A stretch of 64,000 bases of DNA from Candidatus Entotheonellaceae bacterium (GCA_965238075.1 OZ250173.1:2784001-2848000); one strand, 5' to 3'; counted from the stretch's first letter, positions 36,251 through 49,429 are shown. Program-made: numbers and translations. Notes: generated from the letters alone by a model not told the origin.

Positions 36251-37183
36251 CTACAGCTTGCCGTTCAGGCTCTTGAGCAACGCCCAGGTGCGCGCAATGG
36301 ACGCATCGGCGTCGTCGCCCACCGGAAAGATCGACGCCAGGAAGTCCGTCGCGCCCGCAGAGGCAAACGCCCGCAATTGCTGCTCTACCTGAGCCTCGTT
36401 TCCAACCACCGCGACGTCAGCCGCCCCTTCTACCCCCTCGATGTCCAGCAGGCGACGATAATTGAGCAACTGCCCATAGCGGTTGAAAATACCGTCGGCA
36501 ACCTCGTGTCCGCCCTCCGGGCTGTCGGTCACGGCAACTGGTAGGCCGACACACACGCGCGGCTGCCCGCGTCCTGCCGATTTGGCCGCAGCACTGATGC
36601 GCGGCACGATGTGCGATTCAATAGTCTTTCTTCCCGCCATCCAGGTAATGGTGCCGTCCGCCAACTCGCCGGTGAGGCGCAACATGCGAGGCGCCAGAGC
36701 CGCCACCAGAACCGGGAATGCGGCGGTGTCCGGTACCTGCAGTTCCACCTTGACGTTGTAGACATTGCCGCCGAAGTCTACCCGGCCTTCGCTGACCAGA
36801 GGCCGTAGCACCGACAGATACTCCTCCATGTGCTGGGCGGCGCCGTCATACGACAGACCCATCATGCCCTCAATCAGCGGCCGATGGGACAGGCCGATGC
36901 CCAAAGCCAGCCGGCCATTACTGGCTCGCTGGGTGGTGAGGGCGTGCTGTGCCATGCCCAGCGGATGATACGGATAGGTTGGGACAACGGCCGTGCCGAG
37001 CTCAATACGGCTTGTGTGCTGGCCGACGACCGCGAGGGCCGTCAATGCGTCGTAGCCGAACATCAACAAGTGCGGGACCCAGAAGTGACTGAAACCGTCC
37101 GTCTCGGCCTGTTTCACCTGCTGCGTCAGTCTTTCCAGGTTGTCTACCTCACGTCGTGCACCCGCAAATATTCCAATACGCAT
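36251..37183 (-). CDS. Luciferase-like (LLM) oxidoreductase, probably F420-dependent
   Basis: IELGTAVVPTYP.HP, LGIGLSH, AALAPRML..GE.ADG. Confidence 0.88.
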   Translation of the reverse strand: MRIGIFAGARREVDNLERLTQQVKQAETDGFSHFWVPHLLMFGYDALTALAVVGQHTSRIELGTAVVPTYPYHPLGMAQHALTTQRASNGRLALGIGLSHRPLIEGMMGLSYDGAAQHMEEYLSVLRPLVSEGRVDFGGNVYNVKVELQVPDTAAFPVLVAALAPRMLRLTGELADGTITWMAGRKTIESHIVPRISAAAKSAGRGQPRVCVGLPVAVTDSPEGGHEVADGIFNRYGQLLNYRRLLDIEGVEGAADVAVVGNEAQVEQQLRAFASAGATDFLASIFPVGDDADASIARTWALLKSLNGKL

Positions 37184-37314
37184 GTGTTCATCCTTGTCGT
37201 GCTTATCGTGTTCGTGATTGTTGCAAAGCGGCGTCGAAAGGGAGGAGCCGTCACCGAGAAATGACAGGGCAGCGGCCTCCCTGCCCGGGCGGGAGCAAGG
37301 AGGCTACTGTGCTT

Positions 37315-38145
37315 TTAATTGGATGGCGGGAAGAAAGGAACCCCATACTTGGCAACGATCTCCGCGATGCGACCGCTGGCCGTGAGCTTGTCGAGTTCCT
37401 GGTTGATAGCCGCCTTCAGGTCCTGTTCCGTGCGTCGCACGGCAATCACCAAGCTGTATCGCATTCTGGGGTCGATTTCAAACCCGTCAACAATCGCCAA
37501 GCCGCTCTCCGGATTCTGATGAAGCCACCAACCGGCCTTGGAGGCGAGAATGAGACTGAATTCAACCTCACCTTTTTGGAGGGCTGCGAGGTTTTCCTCG
37601 TTGAGGCGGTAGGGGTCGGTTTGGAAGCCGTCGCGGCTCAGAAACATGTCGCCGGCGGTAAACATGATCACACCAATCTTCGCGTCTTTGGCGTCCGCCA
37701 GCGCCTGAGGGCTGCGCCCGCCTTCCTTGCCGACAAGAACATAACCCGTGCCGAGGTAAGGCCGGGTGATTTCGAGTCGTTTTTCTTCATATTCGTCAAT
37801 CAGGTCGTCATCGTTCGGCAGGCCCATGAAGAAGTCGCACTTGCCATCATTGATCGACAGGCGCAGGGCGCGGCTGAGCCCACCGCGGGTACCGGTGTCG
37901 GCCCAATGGTAGGCGATCGACAGGCTCATGCCGGCGGCGATTTCCTTGGCGATTTCGACGTCAAAGCCGGGCATATTGGGGTCGGGGCTGGAGAAGGGCA
38001 GATTGTAGGGATCAGCACAGGCGACGAGGGTGCCGCGTTCTTTGGCTTTCTCCAAGGCGGTCGGTGCGGCCGACGCCAAGCCCGCGCAGGCAATAAGGAC
38101 GATCAAGACCCAAACGATGCTGCAGGTGTTTTGCCGTATCCGCAT
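37315..38145 (-). CDS. Periplasmic binding protein, MxaJ/XoxJ-like
   Basis: Signal peptide, CADPYNLPFS, CD, TRPY; directly downstream of the PQQ dehydrogenase. Confidence 0.85.
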   Translation of the reverse strand: MRIRQNTCSIVWVLIVLIACAGLASAAPTALEKAKERGTLVACADPYNLPFSSPDPNMPGFDVEIAKEIAAGMSLSIAYHWADTGTRGGLSRALRLSINDGKCDFFMGLPNDDDLIDEYEEKRLEITRPYLGTGYVLVGKEGGRSPQALADAKDAKIGVIMFTAGDMFLSRDGFQTDPYRLNEENLAALQKGEVEFSLILASKAGWWLHQNPESGLAIVDGFEIDPRMRYSLVIAVRRTEQDLKAAINQELDKLTASGRIAEIVAKYGVPFFPPSN

Positions 38146-38220
38146 GAATGCTTCCTCAAAAAAACGTGCTGCCATGGACGGTCGAAACCCATGGCAGCAC
38201 AGGACGGTCAGACGTTCAGA

Positions 38221-39999
38221 TTAGTGCAGGCCGAAAGCGATCAGGTGGCCGCCCTTCTGGTGCGTCTTTTTCCAGTTTTCGTCGAACATCTCGATGCCCG
38301 TCTGGGCCTGTCCGACCACGACCGCCAGCATCTGCTCGCCGTCGACCGTGTAGGTGTTCACGCCGCCCATGACGGAGGAACCGCAGGAGAAGCTCCATAA
38401 CTGCGCTCCGGTGGTGGCGTTGAATGCCTTGATGTAACCGTCCGTATCACCGGCAAACACCAGGTTGCCGGCTGTCGTGGTGACACTGCTGCGGAACGGC
38501 ATCGGGTTGTTGTGCACCCAAACGAGCTCGCCACTGCGGGCATCGATGGCGCGCAACTCGCCGCCGCCGCCGTACCACTTCATCACCTTGATACCCAGGA
38601 AGGTCTCGCCGCGCGAATAACGCTCGCGCTTCGCCTGCAGGTCCATGCTATGGTCGCCGAAGGCGGGCACGTAGGCGATCTGGGTCTCGGGGTTGTAGGC
38701 CATGGGGTTCCATTCCTTGCCGCCGAACAGGGCAGGGTAGATACCCTCGGTCACCTTGTCATAACCAACGTCCATCTCCGGATAGGCGAAGATCGGCCGA
38801 CCGGTTTCGGGATCGAAGCCCCGGTTCCAAGTGATCTTGCCCAGCGGCACGGCGTAGTTGAAACTGCCGTTGGTGCGGTCGATGGAGTAGAAATGCCCGT
38901 TGCGGTCCGCGTGGAGCCAAACCTGCTGGCCGTCGATGTCGGCCAGGATGGTTTCGTTCACGCCGTCGTAGTCATACGGATCGTTCGGGGTGTACTGGAA
39001 GTGGAACTTGATAGCCCCGGAGGCAGGGTCCAGAGCGACGGTGGAGTTGGTGTACAGGTTGTCGCCCGGGTGGGCATGACGGTCCCAGGGGCCAGGCTGG
39101 CCGACGCCCCAGTAGATGGTGTCGAGGACGGGGTCATAGGCTCCCGTCACCCACGCCGAACCGCCGCCGTACTTGTAGGTATCACCCGGCCAGGTGTCGC
39201 CGCCCGGCTCGCCGGGGGCAGGAATGGTGTGCGTCTTCCACACTTCTTCGCCCGTCTCGGCGTCGCGGGCCGTGATGAAGCCGCGAATACCGAACTCGGC
39301 GCCCGAGGTGCCGATGATGATCTTGCCGTCGACGGCCAAGGGCAACAGGGTGAAGCTGTAGGCAGCTTTGTAATCGGCCACGGTCTGATCCCAAATGACC
39401 TGACCGCTGGCGGAATCGAGGGCGACCAGATGGCCATCCAGAGTGGCAACGTAGAGATTGGTGCCATAGAGGGCCGGGCCGCGGTTGATCACGTCACAGC
39501 ACAGATGCGGGAAGACGTCGCCCGGCAGCGGGTGGTCGTAGCGCCACACCGTGCGGCCCGTCCGGCCATCCACGCGGAAGACGTGGTTGTAGGAGGAACT
39601 GACAAACAGGTTGCCGTTGAAGGCCATCGTCTGGCTGCCCTGGCTGTCCAGAACGCCGAACGACAAGACCCATTTCGGCACCAAGTTTTTGACCGTCTCG
39701 GTGTTGATTTGGTCGAGTTGGCTGTAGCGGGTGTGGGAGTAATCTTTGCCGTACAGGATCCAGTTGTTGGGATCCTTGCCCGCGTTGAGGAGCATGGAAT
39801 CGGTGATGATACCGGGGGAAACGTACCCTTCGAGGACTTCAATGCGCGCGCCTTCTTCCTCACCTTCGATCTCTTCGGATGAGAAACGTGATGCGTCCTC
39901 TCCCTCCTCGTGGGAAGCCGCCATGGCGGTTCCGCCCCAGACGATAAGCAAGCCCATCGCCATCAGGGCAATCAGCGACCTGAAATACTTGCTGGACAT
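38221..39999 (-). CDS. PQQ-dependent alcohol dehydrogenase, methanol/ethanol family, probably lanthanide-dependent
   Basis: Signal peptide, RYSQL.QIN, vicinal CC, GAEFG, DYD, DRNG, Trp-docking repeats; AAGGAGG RBS. Confidence 0.93.
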   Translation of the reverse strand: MSSKYFRSLIALMAMGLLIVWGGTAMAASHEEGEDASRFSSEEIEGEEEGARIEVLEGYVSPGIITDSMLLNAGKDPNNWILYGKDYSHTRYSQLDQINTETVKNLVPKWVLSFGVLDSQGSQTMAFNGNLFVSSSYNHVFRVDGRTGRTVWRYDHPLPGDVFPHLCCDVINRGPALYGTNLYVATLDGHLVALDSASGQVIWDQTVADYKAAYSFTLLPLAVDGKIIIGTSGAEFGIRGFITARDAETGEEVWKTHTIPAPGEPGGDTWPGDTYKYGGGSAWVTGAYDPVLDTIYWGVGQPGPWDRHAHPGDNLYTNSTVALDPASGAIKFHFQYTPNDPYDYDGVNETILADIDGQQVWLHADRNGHFYSIDRTNGSFNYAVPLGKITWNRGFDPETGRPIFAYPEMDVGYDKVTEGIYPALFGGKEWNPMAYNPETQIAYVPAFGDHSMDLQAKRERYSRGETFLGIKVMKWYGGGGELRAIDARSGELVWVHNNPMPFRSSVTTTAGNLVFAGDTDGYIKAFNATTGAQLWSFSCGSSVMGGVNTYTVDGEQMLAVVVGQAQTGIEMFDENWKKTHQKGGHLIAFGLH

Positions 40000-40436
40000 A
40001 CTCTCTCCTCCTTTACAGTGGAAACTGCAATCTGCGTTGCAACAGTTCTTCCGCAAACCTCATAGCTCGTCTGGGTTGAGTACAACCCTTCCGAGCACTG
40101 GGCCTGTGGAGCCAACGGTGCTTTGAACGCTACCGTGGATCCGGTTTGCGAGGATCTGTTGATTTGCGGTGCCTATTTAGCCGTGTTCATTTCAGCCTGT
40201 CAACAAGAAAAATTGGGCGGCGTGAAGACGTTCCGAGCACCGCGCGGCGGCGGGGAGCGAATTTCAAAGACCGGCGGCGAGAGCCAAACCTTGGTCTTGA
40301 CAGTGCCAAGCGAATTTGTACTAATGCGCACTCACGTCGGCCGGGTGTTGCCCGGACGTCTGTCTTCCAGAAGGGGCACGACCTTGTGCAGGGCGCGGCC
40401 CCTTAAACTTGTTGAGATTCTAGGGAAGGAGAGAGG

Positions 40437-41498
40437 ATGATGAAGTATCGCCGAAACGCCTTGAGGCTCGGCTTTGCGGTTGGGGCTTGTATGCTTGCCT
40501 TGCTGGTTGGGACAGCCATGGCGGGGAACAATCCGGCGGATGAGAACTGGTGGCCGAGCGAATTCGGTGCCGATGATCAAGCCGGCGCGGTGAAATACAT
40601 CACCCCGGAGAAAGTCGTGGCGGCAGCCCAGTTGGTGAAGAAGGGCATGACGGCTACGTTGGGTATGCCGTACTACAATGGCATGCCGCTGGTGCCGGGC
40701 CGCACGTTTGCGCTGAGTATTCCCGGCGGCGGAACGCCGACCCATGGCCCCCTGAGCTGGGAAGGCGACAATTACCAGATGACCTTCATGGACGAATTGC
40801 TGACCGCCGAAATCGGACAGGTGGGCACGCAGTGGGACGGCCTGGGTCACCCGATGATCAAGGTCGCCGGTGTTCCCGGCTGGAAAGACGGCAATTATTT
40901 CTATAACGGGTTTCGTCTTGAAGATGTGGGCAGTCCCCGCGGTTTGAATGCTGTGGGTAACGAACACCTGGCCGAGATCGGCTTCTTCACGCGCGGCATC
41001 CTGATCGACATCGCCACCTTGAAGGGTGTGGACCGGCTGGACAAGGGCTATGCCATCACCATGGCCGACTACGAAGCCGCTTTGGCGGCGCAGGGCATTG
41101 ACGATGCCAGCAAGGGTGACGTGGTCCTGTTCCGCACCGGCTGGAATAGCCTGTGGAAGGATTACTCATCTATAGATCCGGTGACGATTGCGGAAGTCGG
41201 CTCCGGTGAGCCCGGCGTCAGCCCGGAAGTCTGCGATCACCTGGCAGCCAAGAAGATCTCCATGATCGGTTCCGACACTTGGGGCCTGGAGCCGTACGAT
41301 TTTTCCAAGGGCATGCCTGAGAGCTATTTTGCCTATTGCCACATGAACCTGGTCGCCCGTCGAGGCATCACCAACTTTGAGAACCTCGACCTGGACAAAC
41401 TGTCCCGCGAGAAGGCTTATGAGTTCGCCTTTGCGTGGTCGCCGCTGAAACTCGTCGGCGCCACCGGATCGCCGGGAAATCCTGTTGCCGCCTGGTAA
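40437..41498 (+). CDS. Exported cyclase-family (kynurenine formamidase-like) metallohydrolase
   Basis: GTQWDGLGH, TRGILID, GDVVLFRTG, ENL.L, GATGSP. Confidence 0.88.
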   Translation: MMKYRRNALRLGFAVGACMLALLVGTAMAGNNPADENWWPSEFGADDQAGAVKYITPEKVVAAAQLVKKGMTATLGMPYYNGMPLVPGRTFALSIPGGGTPTHGPLSWEGDNYQMTFMDELLTAEIGQVGTQWDGLGHPMIKVAGVPGWKDGNYFYNGFRLEDVGSPRGLNAVGNEHLAEIGFFTRGILIDIATLKGVDRLDKGYAITMADYEAALAAQGIDDASKGDVVLFRTGWNSLWKDYSSIDPVTIAEVGSGEPGVSPEVCDHLAAKKISMIGSDTWGLEPYDFSKGMPESYFAYCHMNLVARRGITNFENLDLDKLSREKAYEFAFAWSPLKLVGATGSPGNPVAAW

Positions 41499-41519
41499 GT
41501 TAGGCGTTGTGTGTCGAGT

Positions 41520-41553
41520 GGAGTCGGTCTCCGGGCCGGCTCCGCTTTGGTTT
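41520..41553 (+). terminator. Probable intrinsic terminator
   Basis: GGAGTCGGTC-TCCG-GGCCGGCTCC hairpin followed by a T-rich tract. Confidence 0.55.
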
Positions 41554-41567
41554 GCCTGAAGCTGAGC

Positions 41568-41605
41568 TTTATTTGACTGCATTTGATTTATTTGACTGCA
41601 TCTGA
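41568..41605 (+). repeat. 19-bp tandem direct repeat upstream of the TolC gene
   Basis: TTTATTTGACTGCATTTGA followed by TTTATTTGACTGCATCTGA. Confidence 0.85.
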
Positions 41606-41638
41606 TCAGAATTGCCGCTGACGAAGGAGGAGAGACGC

Positions 41639-43249
41639 ATGGGTTGCCGGCCAGGCACCTACCTGGAATGGGACCATTACGGACGGCGTGCCTGGCGTCT
41701 TGGCATCGTCCTGTTGCTGATCGGGGCTTTTTTGCCCGCCGGCGTGCTGTATGGGCAGGGGGAGATGCAACAGGACGCGGTAGGGCAGGAGGCCGAGTTG
41801 CCTTCCGCGGTCGATGCACCGCCGGCGACAGGCGAGCGCGTGCTCGAGTTGACGCTCGAGGATGCCATCCAACTGGCCCTGCAGAACAGCCTGGCAATCG
41901 AACGCGAACGCTTCGGACCGCTCATTGCGCTGACCGATATTGATCGGGCCAAGGTGGAGTTTGACCCGACGGTTGGTGCGGAAGTGAACGTGTCGGAGGC
42001 GCAGAATTTGCGCGTGAACGACGTGGTCAAGCCGGTCCGCGACAGCCGCGGAACCCTTTCCGCCTACCTTCGCCAGCGCATTGTTACCGGCGGCAATTAC
42101 GAATTGCGCTTTGTCACGGCCCGCAGTGACCAGTCGCCTGTCAACACCGGCTTCGCTTCCCGTATCCACAACCCTCTCTATGAGAATAGTATCGAGCTGA
42201 CCTTCACGCACCCGGTGCTGCGCAACTTCGGCATTTCGGTCAACAAGGCACCGATTCGACAGGCGGAGATCAGAGAGCAAATCGCCGAGCAGAACGTTGT
42301 TCAGGCGATTCTGGATACGGTGTTTGCCGTGCACAGGGGCTACTGGGACCTGGTTTTCCGCATCCAGGACCTGGACGCCAAGCGTGAGTCGCAGCAACTC
42401 GCGGAAGACTTCCTGGCGGAGAACACCGTGCGGGTGGAATTGGGCACGCTGGCGCCGATCGAGTTGGTGCAGGCCGAGACGCAGGTGAAAACGCGACAGG
42501 GAGACGTCATCGTGGCGGAGGCCGTGCTGCGCGACGCCGACGATCAGCTCAAGGCGATTCTGAACATACCGGAGAGCATGGGCTCCTGGGGTGTGCGTCT
42601 GCAACCGACCGATAGTCCGTCTATTGCGCCGGTGTCAACGGCCGCCGTCGAGGAGCAGGTCGACATCGCCCTGCAGCAGCGGCCCGACTACCTCAGCTCG
42701 CAATTGGACATCAGAATACGGGAAATTTCGCGGGACGAGGCGTACAACCAGAGTCTGCCGCGCTTGGACGTCATTGGCACCGGCAGGCTGAACGCTAACG
42801 AAGGTGATCTCGGCGATACCTTTTCCGCTCTCCCGGACGGCGACGGCTACCAATGGGCCGTGGGTCTGCAGATGGAAATTACCCTTGGCAGCCGTGCCAA
42901 GCGGGCTCTGATTGATAAGCGCCAATTGGAGTTGCGTCAGGCGCGTATCGGCCAGCGCCAACTGGTACTTGCCATTGTGCAGCAGATTCGCCAGGCGGTG
43001 CGCAGTATCCAAACCAATATCCAGCGTGTGGAAGTCACGCGTTCGGCCACCATGCTGGCGCGCACCCAGCTTGAAGCGGAACAGGAAAAATTCCGTCTCG
43101 GCTTGTCGACCAGTTTCAACGTACTGGAATTTCAGGAAGACCTGACCAACGCGCTGAGCAATGAGACCCGAGCGTTGAGCGATTACAACGTGGCGTTGGC
43201 GCAACTCGACCAATTGACCGGCATGATGCAGTATCACGACGTGCAGTAG
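41639..43249 (+). CDS. TolC-family outer membrane efflux protein
   Basis: LTLEDAIQLALQN, YWDL, LPRLD, EQEKFRLGLST; start uncertain. Confidence 0.9.
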   Translation: MGCRPGTYLEWDHYGRRAWRLGIVLLLIGAFLPAGVLYGQGEMQQDAVGQEAELPSAVDAPPATGERVLELTLEDAIQLALQNSLAIERERFGPLIALTDIDRAKVEFDPTVGAEVNVSEAQNLRVNDVVKPVRDSRGTLSAYLRQRIVTGGNYELRFVTARSDQSPVNTGFASRIHNPLYENSIELTFTHPVLRNFGISVNKAPIRQAEIREQIAEQNVVQAILDTVFAVHRGYWDLVFRIQDLDAKRESQQLAEDFLAENTVRVELGTLAPIELVQAETQVKTRQGDVIVAEAVLRDADDQLKAILNIPESMGSWGVRLQPTDSPSIAPVSTAAVEEQVDIALQQRPDYLSSQLDIRIREISRDEAYNQSLPRLDVIGTGRLNANEGDLGDTFSALPDGDGYQWAVGLQMEITLGSRAKRALIDKRQLELRQARIGQRQLVLAIVQQIRQAVRSIQTNIQRVEVTRSATMLARTQLEAEQEKFRLGLSTSFNVLEFQEDLTNALSNETRALSDYNVALAQLDQLTGMMQYHDVQ

Positions 43250-43298
43250 TCCGGCGAAATTTCATCTCCTTCATCACGCCTTCCTCTGACGTGCAACT

Positions 43299-46107
<2,809 letters not shown>

Positions 46108-46121
<14 letters not shown>

Positions 46122-46899
46122 CCGCCGCCGCATCAAATTGCTGATTGCCTACAACGGCACGCGCTATCACGGCTGGCAGTTTCAGCCGCGGGCGGTCACG
46201 GTGCAGGGCACCCTGGAGTCCTGCCTGTCACGCATGACGAACGGTTCGGTACGCCTGCACGCCGCCGGTCGCACCGATGCCGGGGTACATGCCCTGGGGC
46301 AGGTAGCACATTTCGATACCGCTTCCGACATTGCCACGGCGTCGCTGGTGCGGGGGCTGAACAGCATGCTGCCGGATGACATCGTGGTGCGGCGAGCCGT
46401 CGAGGCGCCGGAAGATTTTCACGCCCGCTATGACGCAGTACGCAAGACGTACGTGTATCAACTGCACAATCATTCCGTTCCGTCGCTGCTGCGCGCCCAG
46501 TATGCCTGGCACGTGCCGCAGCGTCTCGACGTGCCTGCTATGAAGGCAGCCGCGCAGTTGTTAGTGGGCCGGCACGACTTTTCCGCCTTTCGGGTTGCGT
46601 TGCGGGCCGACGCGCGCCAGCCGGTGCGCTGCCTGTACCGATTGGTTTTGCGGCATCAGCCGCCGCGCCTCGTCTTCGTTTTGAGGGCCGACGGTTTTTT
46701 GTATCGCATGGCGCGCAGTATCGTCGGTACCCTGGTTGCGGTCGGGCGCGGCGCCATGCCGGCCGAAACGGTCGGCGACATGCTGCGTGCCAGGCAGCGA
46801 CAACAGGCCGGGCCCACCGCACCGGCGCATGGTTTGTTCCTGGTACACGTGTCCTATCGGAGGGGCAAGGCTTGCATGTTCCGCGCCGGTAGTCGATAA
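46108..46899 (+). CDS. truA: tRNA pseudouridine(38-40) synthase
   Basis: [29 protein letters not shown]. Confidence 0.96.
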
Positions 46900-46979
46900 T
46901 CCGCACCGCAGCGGCTGCCGGAGCATGTAAGGCCGCGTTCACGCCTTTACGACTACATCAAATAACACAGACCACGCCC

Positions 46980-47528
46980 ATGCCAACGATGTCCCATCTT
47001 CGGCAGGTTCTGCCGTTAGCCCTGACCCTGTTCGTCCTCTGGCTGATTCTCTCCGGGAAATTCGACGCCTTCCACGTGTCCATTGGCGCCGTGAGCGCCC
47101 TGTGCGTCGCGCTGGGGACGCGCCGCTTGCTGCTTTTGCCGCCCGCTATCGGGCCGCCGGGCACGCATCCCACAAATGTGTTGCCTTTGCGTTTCCTGGG
47201 CTACATCCCGTGGCTCATCTGGCAGATTGTCGTGTCGAGCCTGCACGTCGCCTATGTCGTCCTGCACCCCAAGATGCCCATTCAGCCGCGCCTGCTGCGC
47301 TTTGACACCTCGTTCCCGCACGTCCTGGCACAATTGACCCTCGCCACCTCGATCACCTTGACACCGGGCACCGTCACCCTCGACGTCGATAACGACGAAT
47401 TCCTCGTGCATGCCCTCACGGACACCAGCGCTAAGGGGCTGGAACCGCAGGGTGGCCCCATGCATCGGCGCGTGGCGGCGCTGTTCCAGCCATCGCACAC
47501 CGGCCAAGGCACAAGATCAACACGATGA
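46980..47528 (+). CDS. mrpE: Mrp Na+/H+ antiporter subunit E
   Basis: SITLTPGT, VHAL. Confidence 0.9.
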   Translation: MPTMSHLRQVLPLALTLFVLWLILSGKFDAFHVSIGAVSALCVALGTRRLLLLPPAIGPPGTHPTNVLPLRFLGYIPWLIWQIVVSSLHVAYVVLHPKMPIQPRLLRFDTSFPHVLAQLTLATSITLTPGTVTLDVDNDEFLVHALTDTSAKGLEPQGGPMHRRVAALFQPSHTGQGTRSTR

Positions 47529-47797
47529 ATACCTATTTTCTCGGTGCCGCGCTTGCGCTCGCGGTCGCCATGACGCTGTCGCTTTACCGCGTGCTGCGCG
47601 GTCCGACGACTTTCGACCGCCTGACGGGCCTGGGCCTCATCGGCACCAAGACGATCGTGCTGCTGGTGCTGCTGGGCTTCCTGACCGAGCGGGTGGAAAT
47701 CTTCGTTGACATCACGCTGGCGTACGGTCTGATCAGCTTCATCGGCAGTGTGGTGCTGGCGAAGTACTTTGAACAAAAAGGAGCCGACGAGCCATGA
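47525..47797 (+). CDS. mrpF: Mrp subunit F
   Basis: GPT.FDR; 3 TMs. Confidence 0.9.
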   Translation: MNTYFLGAALALAVAMTLSLYRVLRGPTTFDRLTGLGLIGTKTIVLLVLLGFLTERVEIFVDITLAYGLISFIGSVVLAKYFEQKGADEP

Positions 47798-48099
47798 TCC
47801 TCGCCGCCAACGTCCTGCTGGTTATCGGTCTGGTGTTCATCATGCTGGGCGTGCTGGGCATTCTGCGGTTGCCCGATTTTTACACCCGCCTGCACGCCAT
47901 GGGCAAATGCGACACCCTGGGCGTGGCTCTGGTGCTGATCGCGCTGGCCATTCACGAGGGCGTTTCGCTCTACAGCCTGAAGATCGTGCTGATCTCGGTT
48001 TGCATTGGTTTGGCGAACCCGACAGCCACGCATGCGCTTGGCCGGGCAGCCTACAGGTCCGGGTTGATGCCCTGGCGCGGTGACGAGGAGCGCTCGTAA
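47794..48099 (+). CDS. mrpG: Mrp subunit G
   Basis: [19 protein letters not shown]. Confidence 0.92.
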   Translation: MILAANVLLVIGLVFIMLGVLGILRLPDFYTRLHAMGKCDTLGVALVLIALAIHEGVSLYSLKIVLISVCIGLANPTATHALGRAAYRSGLMPWRGDEERS

Positions 48100-48341
48100 T
48101 GGTGTCGTTGTCCATCTTCTTTCAGGTGCTGATCGTGGTTTGCGCGGTGGCCGCGGTGTTCACACACGATCTGCTGGCGGCGGTGGCGATTTTCGGAGCG
48201 TTCAGCTTTTTCTCGGCCATCTATTTCGCCATCCTGGGGGCGCTCGACGTGGCCTTTACCGAGGCGGCGGTCGGTGCGGTGATTACCACGGTGTTTTTCG
48301 TCACGGCCATTTTCCGCACGGCGCGGAGGACCAAGCGGTGA
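48099..48341 (+). CDS. Mrp B-related fragment (DUF4040/MbhD-like)
   Basis: [11 protein letters not shown]. Confidence 0.85.
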   Translation: MVSLSIFFQVLIVVCAVAAVFTHDLLAAVAIFGAFSFFSAIYFAILGALDVAFTEAAVGAVITTVFFVTAIFRTARRTKR

Positions 48342-48628
48342 AAGCTGTTACGTGGGTGGTCTTCGCGTTGGCCGCAGGAGTGCTGTTTTACGCTGCCAGC
48401 GATTTGCCGCGCGTCGGCGATATCGAGGCGCCGGCGTCGGTGCACGTGTCGCCGCGATATATCGCCAAGAGCCACGACGAAACCGGTGCGCCGAACTTCG
48501 TCACCGGCGTGCTGGCGGACTACCGGGGCTACGACACGCTGGGGGAAACGACGGTCATTTTCACGGCCGGCCTGGCGTGCCTGCTGATTCTCGGGGTGCG
48601 CCTGGGTGCTGGGGGTGACGACCAATGA
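48338..48628 (+). CDS. Mrp B-related fragment (MbhE-like)
   Basis: [21 protein letters not shown] start overlapping the previous stop. Confidence 0.85.
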   Translation: MKAVTWVVFALAAGVLFYAASDLPRVGDIEAPASVHVSPRYIAKSHDETGAPNFVTGVLADYRGYDTLGETTVIFTAGLACLLILGVRLGAGGDDQ

Positions 48629-49059
48629 GAATGCCTTTCGGCAGCGCGGTGCTGGATGCTGCTTGTCGCTTACTGGTGCCCTTCGTCCTGATCTTCGCCG
48701 TGTACGTCATTGCGCACGGTCACGACAGCCCGGGCGGTGGCTTTCAGGGCGGCACCATCCTGGCAGCCGCGGTCATCCTCATTCGGCTGGTTCACGGGCA
48801 GGATGCCATTTGGGGGCTGACCCGTGTCGGCGCCCTGCGGCTGGCCTGTTGCGGTGTGGGCTTGTTCGCCGGCATCGGTTTCCTGAGCCTATTGTTCGCC
48901 GGCAACTACCTGGACTACGGAGTGCTGCCGCTGCCGTTGGAGACGGTCAAGGTCCGGGTCATGGGCACCTTGGGCATCGAGATCGGCGTGGCGATGGCCG
49001 TTACCGGCGTTCTGGTGCTGATTTTCGATGCCCTGACCGCCTGGGGCGAGGAGGACTGA
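48625..49059 (+). CDS. mrpB: Mrp subunit B
   Basis: [11 protein letters not shown]. Confidence 0.9.
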   Translation: MRMPFGSAVLDAACRLLVPFVLIFAVYVIAHGHDSPGGGFQGGTILAAAVILIRLVHGQDAIWGLTRVGALRLACCGVGLFAGIGFLSLLFAGNYLDYGVLPLPLETVKVRVMGTLGIEIGVAMAVTGVLVLIFDALTAWGEED

Positions 49060-49063
49060 TGCC

Positions 49064-49429
49064 GTGTGGGAGAACTTGTCGGGCTACCTGAATTACTGGC
49101 TTGCCGCCGTGCTCTTGCTCATCGGGCTGTACGGTATGCTGGGCCGACCCAATCTGGTCAAGAAGCTCATGGCCATGAACATCCTGCAGGTGGCGGCGAT
49201 TCTGTTCTTCATTGCCTTGGCGGAAAAGACGGGTGCGACGGCCCCGATTGAGGTCAAGGGCCTGCACGACGTGAGCGCTTACGTCAATCCGCTGCCGCAT
49301 GCGCTGATGCTCACCGCTATCGTTGTCGGCGTCAGCACAACGGGCGTCGCGCTGGCCTTGCTCATCCGCATCCACCGGCATTTCGGCACCCTGGAGGAGC
49401 CTGAAATTCTCGAAAGGATGCGCCTATGA
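49064..49429 (+). CDS. mrpC: Mrp subunit C
   Basis: NPLPHALMLTAIVVG. Confidence 0.92.
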   Translation: MWENLSGYLNYWLAAVLLLIGLYGMLGRPNLVKKLMAMNILQVAAILFFIALAEKTGATAPIEVKGLHDVSAYVNPLPHALMLTAIVVGVSTTGVALALLIRIHRHFGTLEEPEILERMRL

